A stretch of DNA of 60,742 nucleotides, filler included, from a candidate division TA06 bacterium SM23_40 (lineage in GTDB: Bacteria > LJUI01 > SM1-40): the NCBI GenBank assembly GCA_001303705.1. It is 6 parts of 6 records of this genome, joined end to end, with 100 filler letters (N's around TTAATTAATTAA, not from the genome) between each part and the next. Parts side by side here need not be neighbours in the genome. Positions count along the whole stretch, not along the records: positions 59,097 to 60,742 come from LJUI01000002.1; 5 more parts are not named here. One strand, written 5' to 3'. Position numbers and translations under genes: made by a program. The notes beneath the pieces are model-generated. The model was not told where the DNA came from and ran no database searches. It saw nothing but the letters and a program-made list of their open reading frames with translations. This document shows positions 60,427 through 60,742 of this stretch, piece after piece. Within the stretch, counting starts at the first letter, position 1; each line of letters begins with the position of its first letter.

Positions 60427-60435
60427 GGTTTCTGG

Positions 60436-60520
60436 GGTGGGGTTCCCGAGTGGACAAAGGGAGCAGACTGTAAATCTGCCGGCGCAGCCTTCGGAGGTTC
60501 GAATCCTCCCCCCACCACCA
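60436..60520 (+). tRNA. tRNA-Tyr(GTA)
   Basis: GCAGA-CTGTAAA-TCTGC, long variable arm, CCA. Confidence 0.96.
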
Positions 60521-60588
60521 TGGCGTGTCAATGGGGTGTTCGACCAGGGCAGCGGCTGGTGTGGCAGAGGGGCGTGCATCCTTCTGGT

Positions 60589-60664
60589 GCGGGAATAGCT
60601 CAGTTGGTAGAGCATCGGCCTTCCAAGCCGAGTGTCGCGGGTTCGAGCCCCGTTTCCCGCTCCA
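60589..60664 (+). tRNA. tRNA-Gly(TCC)
   Basis: TCGGC-CTTCCAA-GCCGA, TTCGA, CCA. Confidence 0.96.
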
Positions 60665-60742
60665 ACGGGTCTTGTCCCGTTCGATGGGCGTGGCTCGGTG
60701 TTGATTGGTCTGGAGATGGCGGTTTGCCGAGAGGCATGAAAA

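Overview
The window is six unrelated contig pieces joined by artificial 100-nt spacers (N44-TTAATTAATTAA-N44), so adjacency across spacers means nothing. The source looks like a GC-rich, anaerobic, diderm bacterium; an FCB-type candidate lineage such as TA06, WOR-3 or Latescibacterota is my inference from the FlgD-Ig-tailed secreted proteins, V/A-type ATPase and Mvh/Hdr genes. Piece 1 (1-12303) has V/A-ATPase C-F-A-B-D, a 5' remnant of a group IIC intron just after a terminator, and three secreted proteins with two different C-terminal domains. Piece 2 (12404-29307) has menA-spermidine synthase fusion-rseC-ccmE-ccmF, two tandem S8 peptidases (one frameshifted), an AbiEi/AbiEii pair with a palindromic operator, and aspS with a replaced 3' tail. 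Piece 3 (29408-41198) has a GT4 glycosyltransferase, an OTR-like octaheme cytochrome, a macrodomain, a methyltransferase, a lipoprotein, HTH-pilMNOPQ and rsmD. Piece 4 (41299-52783) has prfA-prmC-nadK-recN-pgsA-HD-GYP-adenylate cyclase-scpA-lipoprotein. Piece 5 (52884-58996) has mvhD-mvhG (no mvhA), three two-component genes and hdrC-hdrB. Piece 6 has purF and tRNA Thr-Tyr-Gly. The main unexplained signals are many degenerate intergenic tandem arrays (12, 14, 23, 23/24, 24 and 53 bp periods), above all a 53-bp array carrying a phased 16-bp dyad next to scpA, plus a second shared C-terminal domain on secreted proteins and long structured 5' leaders. Several internal deletions and point anomalies are probably assembly errors. 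All calls come from reading the sequence; no searches were run.
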